From the IMG/VR virus record IMGVR_UViG_3300032332_002377: a stretch of 64,000 nt of DNA; one strand, written 5' to 3'. The DNA is from a virus (lineage: Duplodnaviria; Caudoviricetes). A program made the position numbers and the translations under genes. The notes under the pieces are model-generated. The model was not told where the DNA came from. It searched no databases and saw only the letters and a list, made by a program, of their open reading frames with translations. Positions 9,398 to 17,881 of the stretch are shown here, piece after piece (the first letter of the stretch is position 1; the number at the start of each line of letters is the position of its first letter).

Positions 9398-9480
9398 TGG
9401 GCAGAAGTGGATTCGAACCACTGAAGGCGTAAGCCAAGAGATTTACAGTCTCCCCCGTTTGGCCACTTCGGTATCTACCC
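9398..9480 (-). tRNA. tRNA-Tyr(GUA)
   Basis: loop CTGTAAA, long variable arm, GGTTCGAATCC. Confidence 0.93.
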
Positions 9481-9482
9481 AA

Positions 9483-9560
9483 TGCTAGTGAACAACCTGG
9501 CGCACTTCTCTCTACGGTTGTTCCAAAGGACAAGGAAAGTGCTAAAACGTCCACCTAGCA
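9483..9560 (-). ncRNA. unannotated structured RNA (three-way junction with kissing loops) heading the tRNA cluster
   Basis: TGCTAG/CTAGCA, GGAC/GTCC and GAACAACC/GGTTGTTC stems; loop-loop complementarity GCACTT/AAGTGC. Confidence 0.6.
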
Positions 9561-9613
9561 AATCTATAAAAGAACTAACATTATTATATGCTCAAAATGG
9601 AGCAATTCTCTGC

Positions 9614-9973
9614 TTATTTTAAAGTTAGTAAGTACTTCAATCTGTTCAAAACAGCTTTCATTTCATCCCGGATATTGAGAAGATCACTGTCTTTATTAAC
9701 ATCAAACTCTGTATTAAATCCATCCAAGAAACTGATACTACTGTCAATAAACTCTGCATAATCACCATCAAAGTTACTGAGATTCAAGCTGTATTTTAAC
9801 TTGGCTTTGGGTTTACCATATTTACCAGAATACACTTCCACAAAGGTATCTATTAGATCTCCAAGATCATCATATGCTTTGCCAAATGCTTTATGCTGTG
9901 CATAAGTCTCAGATTGCCAATGAAATATGCGCAATTGCTCTTGTAACGTAACAAACGGGGCTATTAGTTTCAT
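9614..9973 (-). CDS. ferritin/Dps-like protein (DUF5856-like)
   Basis: FHWQ...HKAFG..YD.L..LIDTFVE...NIRDEM......KYLLTL. Confidence 0.75.
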   Translation of the reverse strand: MKLIAPFVTLQEQLRIFHWQSETYAQHKAFGKAYDDLGDLIDTFVEVYSGKYGKPKAKLKYSLNLSNFDGDYAEFIDSSISFLDGFNTEFDVNKDSDLLNIRDEMKAVLNRLKYLLTLK

Positions 9974-10007
9974 TGTAAAAGTACTTATTCTATGACTAAA
10001 TAATTAC

Positions 10008-10307
10008 ATGAAAATAAGCTTGGGCATTAAAGATAAGCATATCCAGTTCGGCGAAAAGGCCAATCCACAAAATTGCGCCATTGCTAGAGCTCTTAAGGAT
10101 AAGATTCATAACCTGGACAAGGTTGGAGTTTTTCCTGATAGCGTTTATCTTGTTGTCAAAAAGAACAAAAAAACATCAGCATTCAAAGCTAAGCTATCCA
10201 AATCAACAGCAAACTTTATCAAGAGATTTGATAACGGGTTGCCAGTTAATAGCTTTAACTTGAATCTGAATCTGCGTCCTGTTAGTTACGCTAAAGAATT
10301 GGCGTAA
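10008..10307 (+). CDS. hypothetical phage protein
   Basis: 99 aa, NCAIARAL motif; TAAATA 5 nt upstream. Confidence 0.65.
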   Translation: MKISLGIKDKHIQFGEKANPQNCAIARALKDKIHNLDKVGVFPDSVYLVVKKNKKTSAFKAKLSKSTANFIKRFDNGLPVNSFNLNLNLRPVSYAKELA

Positions 10308-10748
10308 TTATTTCAAGACGGGAACATTAAAAGCTTTGCACAAAAGCGATACCACATCTTTTTCGTTCACCCCTTCATAGCTTTCATAATCGCCATAAGG
10401 ATCATTGGCGCTTTGGGCAGGAGTATAGGGTAATTTCTTTATCTTATCTAAAATGAGAATTAAAAGTTGGTTCAACGTCATATCACTAAAAGCTGCATCC
10501 ACAAATTCTTTAATATCTTTGAAATTAAATTTGCCTTTCAAGTCATCAAAAGGATGTGCATATAATCCAAAGACATAAAACGGTAGAAAACTAACTGCTA
10601 TCTTTGCACAGTCTTGAATGACATGGTATGCAGCAGGGTTTTGAATTGTGACCCCACTATCTGGTTTTTCTGCTGCTTTTTGAGCAGGGCTATAAAGTTT
10701 AGCTTCTTTAACAGGAGAATTTTCTATAATTACATCTAGGAATCTCAT
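10308..10748 (-). CDS. hypothetical protein
   Basis: 146 aa ORF, ATGA-coupled to the dCMP deaminase gene. Confidence 0.65.
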   Translation of the reverse strand: MRFLDVIIENSPVKEAKLYSPAQKAAEKPDSGVTIQNPAAYHVIQDCAKIAVSFLPFYVFGLYAHPFDDLKGKFNFKDIKEFVDAAFSDMTLNQLLILILDKIKKLPYTPAQSANDPYGDYESYEGVNEKDVVSLLCKAFNVPVLK

Positions 10749-11188
10749 AATGATTTTAATTTATTTAATATGTGTTCTTTAGGAATGCAAATTAACTCCA
10801 CACCATAGAATTTTAAAATATCTAAACCACCTTTATCAAAATCATACTTCTCTGTGTATACTACTTTTTTAACACCATGTGCCACCATGGATTGTGCACA
10901 ACAACTGCATGGCTGCAGAGTAACTCCAATGGTATGTGCTGCATCTTTGCTAATTCTTGCAAGTAAATTTGCTTCAGCATGAATCATGAACGGTCTGCGT
11001 TTGTGTCTATCAGACCAGAAATCTTCTTGTACTATTTTTCCAGGAGCCAAGCCATTGTAAGCAACGCCAAGAACTTCTTTTTGATGACCTAATGCACATG
11101 CACCTACTTTCATATAGGGATCTTCTGAACGCAGAGTAGCAGCCCAAGCAATTAAAAGGGCATGCTCTTCCCAATTAATTCTTGACAT
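10745..11188 (-). CDS. dCMP deaminase
   Basis: RSEDP..KVGA, YNG, HAEAN, PCSCC. Confidence 0.88.
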   Translation of the reverse strand: MSRINWEEHALLIAWAATLRSEDPYMKVGACALGHQKEVLGVAYNGLAPGKIVQEDFWSDRHKRRPFMIHAEANLLARISKDAAHTIGVTLQPCSCCAQSMVAHGVKKVVYTEKYDFDKGGLDILKFYGVELICIPKEHILNKLKSL

Positions 11189-11849
11189 GGTTTAAAATCT
11201 TCTGAACATCTGTGAGCAAATAAGGAGAGTAGTAAACATTGAATTTGTTCTCACTATCCAGATATGCTATGCCTAATTTGCCTACTCTTTTTCCAGTCAT
11301 GCTTTGGTACATGTAAGCATACAAAGAGAGCTGTAATGAATAAGCATTGTATTCACAATCACTCATGTGAGAAATAGGATCAAGAAAGAAAGAATTGTAT
11401 TGTGAATACAAATTAAACTTCTTGTTAGTTTTATAGTCATATACATTAAAGGTAGAGCCTAAATCTTCAATACAATCTGCTGTGCCAGCTAAACGGTAAT
11501 TGTGGTTATAAACAAGCTCTTCACATTTAGCAATGGATCTATCATATAATTTAAGAGACTCAAGAGAATCAAGGATATCCTTGAATTCTTGGGGTTTCTC
11601 CCCTGTTTTATTGTATTCATCAATAGCGCTATGTATAGAGCTTCCTCTGACTTTACTGTCTGAATTAATCTTCTGCCATTTGGCTTTAACTTCTTCTACA
11701 GTAATACCTTCTTTATCAGCAGTCTTTTTTGCAAAGAACTCCACATCAAACTTCTTCTTAAACTTACTAATGAGTGTTGTGGCAGAAGTATATTCCTCAT
11801 TGGTATGCACATTTCTATAACAATGCTTAACTTTATCAAACTTTAACAT
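11175..11849 (-). CDS. PD-(D/E)XK exonuclease (Cas4/RecB-like)
   Basis: YTSATTLI, RGSSIH, AGTAD, YDYKT, YSLQLSLY. Confidence 0.85.
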   Translation of the reverse strand: MLKFDKVKHCYRNVHTNEEYTSATTLISKFKKKFDVEFFAKKTADKEGITVEEVKAKWQKINSDSKVRGSSIHSAIDEYNKTGEKPQEFKDILDSLESLKLYDRSIAKCEELVYNHNYRLAGTADCIEDLGSTFNVYDYKTNKKFNLYSQYNSFFLDPISHMSDCEYNAYSLQLSLYAYMYQSMTGKRVGKLGIAYLDSENKFNVYYSPYLLTDVQKILNHVKN

Positions 11850-11881
11850 TAATCCTATTGTAAAGGAAATTAAAAGTTATT

Positions 11882-12097
11882 CTACTTCTTTTTTTTGAGT
11901 GTGTAAGAACAAGTATAATGACCCTTATTAATAGCCTTTTTGAATGTAAGCTCAAAACCTTTGTCAGTTAACCGTTTATTAAGTTCTTTAAAATATTTGC
12001 CAGGTAGATGAAAAATTACAGAGTTTTTCTTCTTGTCAGTGATGACAATATCGGTAAACTCTTCACATATAGATTGAATAAAGTCAATCTCTTTCAT
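11882..12097 (-). CDS. hypothetical protein
   Basis: 71 aa; TAAATA 5 nt upstream. Confidence 0.6.
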   Translation of the reverse strand: MKEIDFIQSICEEFTDIVITDKKKNSVIFHLPGKYFKELNKRLTDKGFELTFKKAINKGHYTCSYTLKKKK

Positions 12098-12125
12098 TAT
12101 ATTATTTAATGAAAAAGGGAGCGTA

Positions 12126-12344
12126 TTAATCGTCCAGGTCTTCTAAATCGTCTTGACAATCATCAATATTGAGACTATTTACAAATTCAGTAGAACTTTT
12201 AGTAATTCCCTTGCGTATAAGGTCTAACAATCCATCAAGTTCTTCATTGCTCAAATAAAGCACACCAACTTCCTTACTATCAGCTAGCACCTTTACGTGA
12301 ACTGCTGTGCCTGTTTCTTGTAAATTAACTAGCTCTATTTTCAT
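12126..12344 (-). CDS. hypothetical protein with acidic C-terminus
   Basis: 72 aa; ATGA overlap with upstream ORF. Confidence 0.6.
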   Translation of the reverse strand: MKIELVNLQETGTAVHVKVLADSKEVGVLYLSNEELDGLLDLIRKGITKSSTEFVNSLNIDDCQDDLEDLDD

Positions 12345-12514
12345 TCTACAGTAGCTGCAATCGATTCTTTAATTTTGTCAAAAATTTTACCGACCAATGT
12401 TAAGTCTGATGCTTTGAATAGGCCCTTACTAGCAGCCAATTCAAAAACCCCTGCAATCACTTTTAAATCTTGAATTGTGATTTCTGTTTGCAACTCTGTT
12501 GTTTGATCTGACAT
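12341..12514 (-). CDS. 57-aa hypothetical protein (not in ORF track)
   Basis: MSDQTTELQTEITIQDLKVIAGVFELAASKGLFKASDLTLVGKIFDKIKESIAATVE*; ATGA coupling to 12344. Confidence 0.75.
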   Translation of the reverse strand: MSDQTTELQTEITIQDLKVIAGVFELAASKGLFKASDLTLVGKIFDKIKESIAATVE

Positions 12515-12540
12515 AAATTTATATTAGCTTAAATTATTAT

Positions 12541-12861
12541 TTAATCCACTCTCTTTAAAAAATTAATTACTTGTTCGTATAAAAATAGAAGCACCAAGCT
12601 TAAGGAAAAGTTGCGTAAAAAAGATATCAAATCTTCAGATAAAAACAATGCAACCAAAATGCTTGTCCAGAAACTAAAACAAAAAGTACAAGTCAATATT
12701 TTTAGTAGGGATGATTTTGTTAGTAGAAACAGATCTACTTCATCATGAGAAAAGGTTTCTTTTTTAGTAATAAATTTATATAGAGATAGCTTAAATGGAG
12801 AGTAAAACCAGAACAATACCGCAGCCTGAGAAATAAAATAAACTGTGAGCGCCTTAATCAT
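12541..12861 (-). CDS. DUF1360-like membrane protein
   Basis: TM segments with LTCTFCFSFW. Confidence 0.6.
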   Translation of the reverse strand: MIKALTVYFISQAAVLFWFYSPFKLSLYKFITKKETFSHDEVDLFLLTKSSLLKILTCTFCFSFWTSILVALFLSEDLISFLRNFSLSLVLLFLYEQVINFLKRVD

Positions 12862-13037
12862 CTTCCGCTATTAGCTATTATATTAATATATTTTGATTTG
12901 ATTCCATTTATCATACAAGGTTTGCATGCTTTAGGATTGAGCAAAGATAATTCTTTCTTATATTCTTCTCTAAGTCTTTCACAATTAGGAATCTCTGATG
13001 GACATGGCTTTGAATCATCAAAGAAGTCATTAATCAT
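12858..13037 (-). CDS. 59-aa four-Cys protein (not in ORF track)
   Basis: MINDFFDDSKPCPSEIPNCERLREEYKKELSLLNPKACKPCMINGIK...; abuts 13038 and is ATGA-coupled to 12861. Confidence 0.75.
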   Translation of the reverse strand: MINDFFDDSKPCPSEIPNCERLREEYKKELSLLNPKACKPCMINGIKSKYINIIANSGR

Positions 13038-13238
13038 TTAACTATTTATGAAGCCCTTGTCTTTATCAAATACAACTTCTTTACCGAAATCCTCTATTTT
13101 AAGAATGTCCTGATAATAGTTAAGCCTATTGTATATTTTTTTATGTGCTTCTTCTGGAGTGTTTTCATCAAGCACTATTTTGAAAGACTTCTTGGTTGTA
13201 TTGTCTTTAATGAAGGCTGTGTATTTTTCGATAAACAT
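13038..13238 (-). CDS. hypothetical protein
   Basis: 66 aa ORF in a co-directional run. Confidence 0.6.
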   Translation of the reverse strand: MFIEKYTAFIKDNTTKKSFKIVLDENTPEEAHKKIYNRLNYYQDILKIEDFGKEVVFDKDKGFINS

Positions 13239-13268
13239 AAAAATATAATAATATAAACCTTCTATAAT

Positions 13269-14045
13269 TCAACTACTTTTTTTTCTATGAGTCTTATTAA
13301 GCTTTATCATGAATTTTATAAGAGAGCTTTTTGAAAATTTTTCAAATTCATAATTATCTTTATTGAAGCAATGACCGCCCCAACCAAACCTTTTATCGCG
13401 ACCAGGCACTTCAAAATGAGATGGTCCTATTCTCGCATCTAACCCTACTAGTTTTGCAAAATTAATAAATGATGATTTGCATTTTAGTTTCTTATGAATT
13501 TTATACAGCTCATTAGCAAAAGTAACTTTCAAGGCAAGAAATCCATTTTCAGAATATTTTACTAATGCAGCTGTTTTTATATCTGTATATTCGACAGTCT
13601 TAATTTTCTTTAATCTTTTGGTTAAGATCTTTACAACTTTTGTTGCAGATTGCTTATAGCCACCAACTATCAAAAATTCTTGGTTTTGAAAATCTTTGAT
13701 ATTATTCCAATGTGAAAGATATTCAGGGCTAAAAAGCACTGATATATTTTTATATTTCTTTTCTGCTTGTTCGTAGAAAACAGGTGAAGCAGTACTTTTG
13801 CAGCAAACAATAGTATTTTTAGCTAAAGTTGTGTTGAGTTCATGTAAAATAGAATCTAAGAGTTTAAAATTTTCTTTTTCTGGTGTATCAACACAAACAA
13901 AAACAGCATCAAAGGGGTTATTTTTAAAGTCAGAAATCTTATTGTTATTAAATTTAGGATCTATTATTGTTAGTTCTTTCTTCTTGAAGACTGATGCAAT
14001 AGCAGATCCTACATACCCACAACCAACAATAAGAACCTTATTCAT
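13269..14045 (-). CDS. UDP-glucose/GDP-mannose dehydrogenase family protein lacking the C-terminal domain
   Basis: VGCGYVG, CVDTP, KST, PEYL, KYSENGFLALKVTFANE, GGHCFNKD. Confidence 0.85.
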   Translation of the reverse strand: MNKVLIVGCGYVGSAIASVFKKKELTIIDPKFNNNKISDFKNNPFDAVFVCVDTPEKENFKLLDSILHELNTTLAKNTIVCCKSTASPVFYEQAEKKYKNISVLFSPEYLSHWNNIKDFQNQEFLIVGGYKQSATKVVKILTKRLKKIKTVEYTDIKTAALVKYSENGFLALKVTFANELYKIHKKLKCKSSFINFAKLVGLDARIGPSHFEVPGRDKRFGWGGHCFNKDNYEFEKFSKSSLIKFMIKLNKTHRKKSS

Positions 14046-14694
14046 TATAATGCCTCAATAGCATTAAAGCTTCTGCATATTTAGCTCTACATTCTGAACC
14101 TCGGGTCATAGCGTGTGCACGTATAATCTCAGCACTTCTAGGGTGTGGATATTCTCTACATTCCTGACCGTAACTCTTAAGTGCTTCAATTTTTAAATTG
14201 AGATGATATTCTTGAAGAATGTTGTAATAATTTGGCATAAATTTATTACGAATAAAAGAAAACGACTGGTCACATGATGAAAATACTTCACCTACAAAAA
14301 CAGATTGTAAGTTAGTTAAACTGCCGCAAGGTCTAGCAGCTATAGTTACAGCTTGAAAAAGACTTTTGTGATCTTGATGATTATCTGATAAAAAAGTGGT
14401 GTATAAAATATGTGGGTTAATTTTTACCAAATGTTCTTCCACAATGCACTTGAAGCCATAAGGTTCATTATAAATGTCTATCTCTTCCATACCAATTTGG
14501 TATAGCTGACTATACTTTAATACTTCTCTAGCTTTATGAGAGTCAGCATTTTGTGTAATATAGCGCGGTGTGGTGCCACCTCTCATGGTGGTTACAATGA
14601 CTTCATCACCTGCTTCTACATGCTTTGCAATGGTACCTCCGAATCCGAGTACTTCATCATCACCATGCGGAACTAAAACCAGAACTCTAGACAT
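14038..14694 (-). CDS. PIG-L/LmbE family N-acetyl-sugar deacetylase
   Basis: PHGDDEVLGFGGTI, DNHQDH, KIEALKSY, PHPRS, AEAL; start moved to MSRVLV. Confidence 0.88.
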   Translation of the reverse strand: MSRVLVLVPHGDDEVLGFGGTIAKHVEAGDEVIVTTMRGGTTPRYITQNADSHKAREVLKYSQLYQIGMEEIDIYNEPYGFKCIVEEHLVKINPHILYTTFLSDNHQDHKSLFQAVTIAARPCGSLTNLQSVFVGEVFSSCDQSFSFIRNKFMPNYYNILQEYHLNLKIEALKSYGQECREYPHPRSAEIIRAHAMTRGSECRAKYAEALMLLRHYNE

Positions 14695-14731
14695 ATAAGT
14701 AATATTATACGAGAATTCTCGGTAATCAATT

Positions 14732-15019
14732 ATGGATAATGTTTTTTTTGACAAAATATTGAAAAATTTAAGATTCTTTAAAGACGGTGCTTTTTTTGAT
14801 TTGAGTCTTAAGAGAGATAAATTTGAATTTATTCATAATGATCTACATGCTGTCGGTACATATGAAGCACAAGCATTTGATGATATGGTATTTGGCATTG
14901 AATTTACTTCTGAATGCAGAAGTTTATTGAACAAAAAACTTATTATTATGTTTGATAAGAATTTAGCACTTTCTAATATAAGTGGTTTTGAAGGTAAATT
15001 AAAATTTATATATGTCTAG
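14732..15019 (+). CDS. hypothetical protein
   Basis: 95 aa, overlaps the start of the next gene. Confidence 0.6.
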   Translation: MDNVFFDKILKNLRFFKDGAFFDLSLKRDKFEFIHNDLHAVGTYEAQAFDDMVFGIEFTSECRSLLNKKLIIMFDKNLALSNISGFEGKLKFIYV

Positions 15020-16310
15020 TTTTTTAATCACCAATAAAACTGCAGATATAGAAGGTGCAAATGTGCCTTGCTCATTCTACGGAAGCTATAAGCACATATA
15101 TAATAAAAATAATATTGAGTTTATTCTAAATGCATTAGAAGAAAAAGAACAAATATATACCGATGAAGTTAATGATTTAGTTTTAATTTTTGATGGTATA
15201 AACTATACCCCTAATCAAAACCTTTTAGACTTATATAAAAAATACGGGGAAGAATTTATAAAAGAAATAAATGGAGAGTTTGCTTTGTGTCTGTTTGATT
15301 TCAAAAACAACATAAGCATAATATCTGCTGATACTTTTGGTACAAGACAAATTTATTTTGCATTAGATAGTAATGAATTTTGTATTAGCACTCTATATTC
15401 ATCAATAAAAGTATTAGGGTTTGATTATTACACTAAAATTTATGAAAATAATTATGCAGTTTTTAATTTAAAAACTAATAGTTTTGAGTTAAAGCCTATA
15501 ACAAAATTTGATTTTACAGAAAAAAAAGATAATAGTGATGACTGGGTAAAGGCTTTCGAAGAAGCAGTTCTTATGAAAACAGCTGATAGTAGTAATGTAA
15601 CTTTGCTGTTAAGTGACGGTATTGATAGCGGTGCAATTGCATGCTGCTTAGAAAAATATAATAAACCATTTAATTCTATTTCTTATATTACTGATGATTA
15701 TTACCCTAACGATTTATTTTACTGGAGAGCTGGAATATCTACTAAAGATATACCAAAAAATATAACTTTAAAAAAATCTTCTAATAAACAGCTATTCTTT
15801 TTAACAGACTTGCCTGCTTATAATTGCAATTTTATTTTTGATACACTTACAACAAAATATTTTCTTGAAAATAATTGTTTCGTTGAGCATGACTTGAGTA
15901 AAAAAAATATTGAATCAGAATTTACTTTTAAAGTTATGGGTCATGTCGCATCAGTAATGAAAGAACATAAATCTAGCACTTTAATTACTGGTCACGGAGC
16001 TGCGTTTAGTGATATAGAATTGAAATTACGCTTTAATAAAACCAATAATATTAGAGCGTGTAATTACGATGACCCATATGTTTTGCGCAATTTATGTGGG
16101 CCTCATAAAATAGAAAACCGGTTTCCATTGTTAGATAAAAAACTCTTTCAAGAAACATTATGGTTAAATAAACAAACATTTAATACATATAAAAAACATG
16201 TAATAGGATATCTCAAACAACATAACTATCCATACTCTCTTAAAAACGGTGAGATTAATGTGAGAGGGTTTTTAAATTGCAAATACACCCCTTACTATTA
16301 TGAGATATAA
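15012..16310 (+). CDS. asparagine synthetase B-like protein with degenerate glutaminase domain
   Basis: FDGINY, INGEFA, DTFGTR, LSDGIDS, TGHGA, ENRFPLLD; N-terminus MSSF rather than MC. Confidence 0.8.
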   Translation: MSSFLITNKTADIEGANVPCSFYGSYKHIYNKNNIEFILNALEEKEQIYTDEVNDLVLIFDGINYTPNQNLLDLYKKYGEEFIKEINGEFALCLFDFKNNISIISADTFGTRQIYFALDSNEFCISTLYSSIKVLGFDYYTKIYENNYAVFNLKTNSFELKPITKFDFTEKKDNSDDWVKAFEEAVLMKTADSSNVTLLLSDGIDSGAIACCLEKYNKPFNSISYITDDYYPNDLFYWRAGISTKDIPKNITLKKSSNKQLFFLTDLPAYNCNFIFDTLTTKYFLENNCFVEHDLSKKNIESEFTFKVMGHVASVMKEHKSSTLITGHGAAFSDIELKLRFNKTNNIRACNYDDPYVLRNLCGPHKIENRFPLLDKKLFQETLWLNKQTFNTYKKHVIGYLKQHNYPYSLKNGEINVRGFLNCKYTPYYYEI

Positions 16311-16318
16311 ATAATAAT

Positions 16319-16666
16319 ATGACGGAAATCTTTACAGTAGAGCATAATAAAATTATAACATTAAATGATGATTTAACATTTAGGTTTCAGAACCCTGAAC
16401 CATCAGAAATAGAGACTAATTATGATAAGCGCGGTACTTATACAAAAACTATATTGAGTGAGAATGTATATCTAATTTCTTTTAATTTTAAAGAGCAGTA
16501 TGAAGATGGTATTTACAAGCCATATGAAAAATTATTAAAGGTTGAGATTATAATAGATAAAAATAGACAAGTTATAACGTTAGTAAAATGGAGATTGGGA
16601 GATCAAGATGTTGCTAATCCTGTAGAAGGTACTGAATTTTCTTATACTCTTAATACAATTTTTTAA
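16319..16666 (+). CDS. hypothetical protein
   Basis: 115 aa; perfect TATAAATA at 16306-16313. Confidence 0.65.
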   Translation: MTEIFTVEHNKIITLNDDLTFRFQNPEPSEIETNYDKRGTYTKTILSENVYLISFNFKEQYEDGIYKPYEKLLKVEIIIDKNRQVITLVKWRLGDQDVANPVEGTEFSYTLNTIF

Positions 16667-17072
16667 ACGCAGCTTTTAAGTAATTGCTAATAAAATAAAT
16701 TTTTAAATTGTTTTCTGCACATTTACTACAAGTATATGTATTCTTCATATTTTCTACTTTTTCAAAGTATAGTTTTCTAATTTCTTCACAGTTTTCTATA
16801 CATTCTGGACATTTAGCTTCTTTAATAAAAAAATCAAAAAATGCTTCTTCTTGATTGTAATATGTTTTGTTAAGCGCCTTCTTTTCAATACAATGTTCTT
16901 GAATTATATTTAAAATATAATCGTAATCATGATTCATAATTACTGTTTCTAAGGCAACTTCAGGATTATAGAACTCATTTTTAACCTTACAAAGACAATC
17001 AAAAATGTCTCTTGCTTTATTACCATGGGTTTTAATAATATGCTTTAATAGTTTGAAATATGAGTGATTCAT
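16650..17072 (-). CDS. hypothetical protein with C-terminal Cys domain paralogous to 12858..13037
   Basis: DFFIKEAKCPECIENCEEIRKLY...CSKC. Confidence 0.7.
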   Translation of the reverse strand: MNHSYFKLLKHIIKTHGNKARDIFDCLCKVKNEFYNPEVALETVIMNHDYDYILNIIQEHCIEKKALNKTYYNQEEAFFDFFIKEAKCPECIENCEEIRKLYFEKVENMKNTYTCSKCAENNLKIYFISNYLKAAFKKLY

Positions 17073-17131
17073 TTATCTTTAGAATTATTTATACATTATG
17101 GATTTTATAGAGATGCATCTATATATAGTAT

Positions 17132-17881
17132 ATGGCCTGTCCAATTAATGCTTTCTATCAAGGCGAAAGGCTTACAAAACTAGATTTACTCACCATTGAG
17201 AGCTTTTTAAAACAAGAGCACTCTTTTAATTTATTTTCCTATAATACAGAAATAAAGTCACAGCTTCCTGGTGATGTTGTATTGAGAAACGCTAATGAAA
17301 TAATGGATAAAGATAAAATATTTTATTATAAAGGCAATGGTGATTGTGTCAAGAACTCTATCAGTGGGTTTTCCGATATTTTTAGATATTATCTTCTATA
17401 TAAAGTGGGAGGCTGGTATGTGGATATGGATGTTACTTGTTTAAAGTCCTTTGATGAAATTGATAGTGATATAGTTCTTAGACCGCACAATAAAACAAAA
17501 GTTGTTGCCAATATTATAAAATTTCCTAAGGGTAATGAAATGTTACTAAAACTCATTGAAGATACAGAGAAGAGCATTGATGAAAATAATAATGATTGGA
17601 TCAAACCATTAGATATTTTAAAAAATTTTGTAATTACTAATAATTTGGAAAAATATATTGTTCCAGAATACTTTTTTGGAAATGATAATTATGTTGGTAT
17701 AAAAAACCTACTTGTAGGTAATTATTTCATGCATAAAAAAAGCATGCCTAAATATGCCATTCATTGGTGTAATACTGCATTTGGTACAGGCAATTGGAGC
17801 AAAGAAGTTATTTATAATTTTAATGAACCGTTAAAAATCTCCACCTATTATGTCTTGCTTAAGCAGCACAATTTGATTTAG
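17132..17881 (+). CDS. DXD glycosyltransferase (GT32/Och1-like)
   Basis: FSDIFRYYLLYKVGGWYVDMDV, AIHW. Confidence 0.88.
   Translation: MACPINAFYQGERLTKLDLLTIESFLKQEHSFNLFSYNTEIKSQLPGDVVLRNANEIMDKDKIFYYKGNGDCVKNSISGFSDIFRYYLLYKVGGWYVDMDVTCLKSFDEIDSDIVLRPHNKTKVVANIIKFPKGNEMLLKLIEDTEKSIDENNNDWIKPLDILKNFVITNNLEKYIVPEYFFGNDNYVGIKNLLVGNYFMHKKSMPKYAIHWCNTAFGTGNWSKEVIYNFNEPLKISTYYVLLKQHNLI

Noticed and set aside
9483-9560. Purine riboswitch or fifth tRNA
   Set aside because: Topology is similar to purine aptamers but the conserved junction and loop nucleotides are absent and it precedes tRNAs; it has no T-loop or D-loop consensus.
11175-11849. Cas4-like nuclease as part of a CRISPR system
   Set aside because: No repeat-spacer array or other cas genes seen; stand-alone exonucleases of this type are common in phages.
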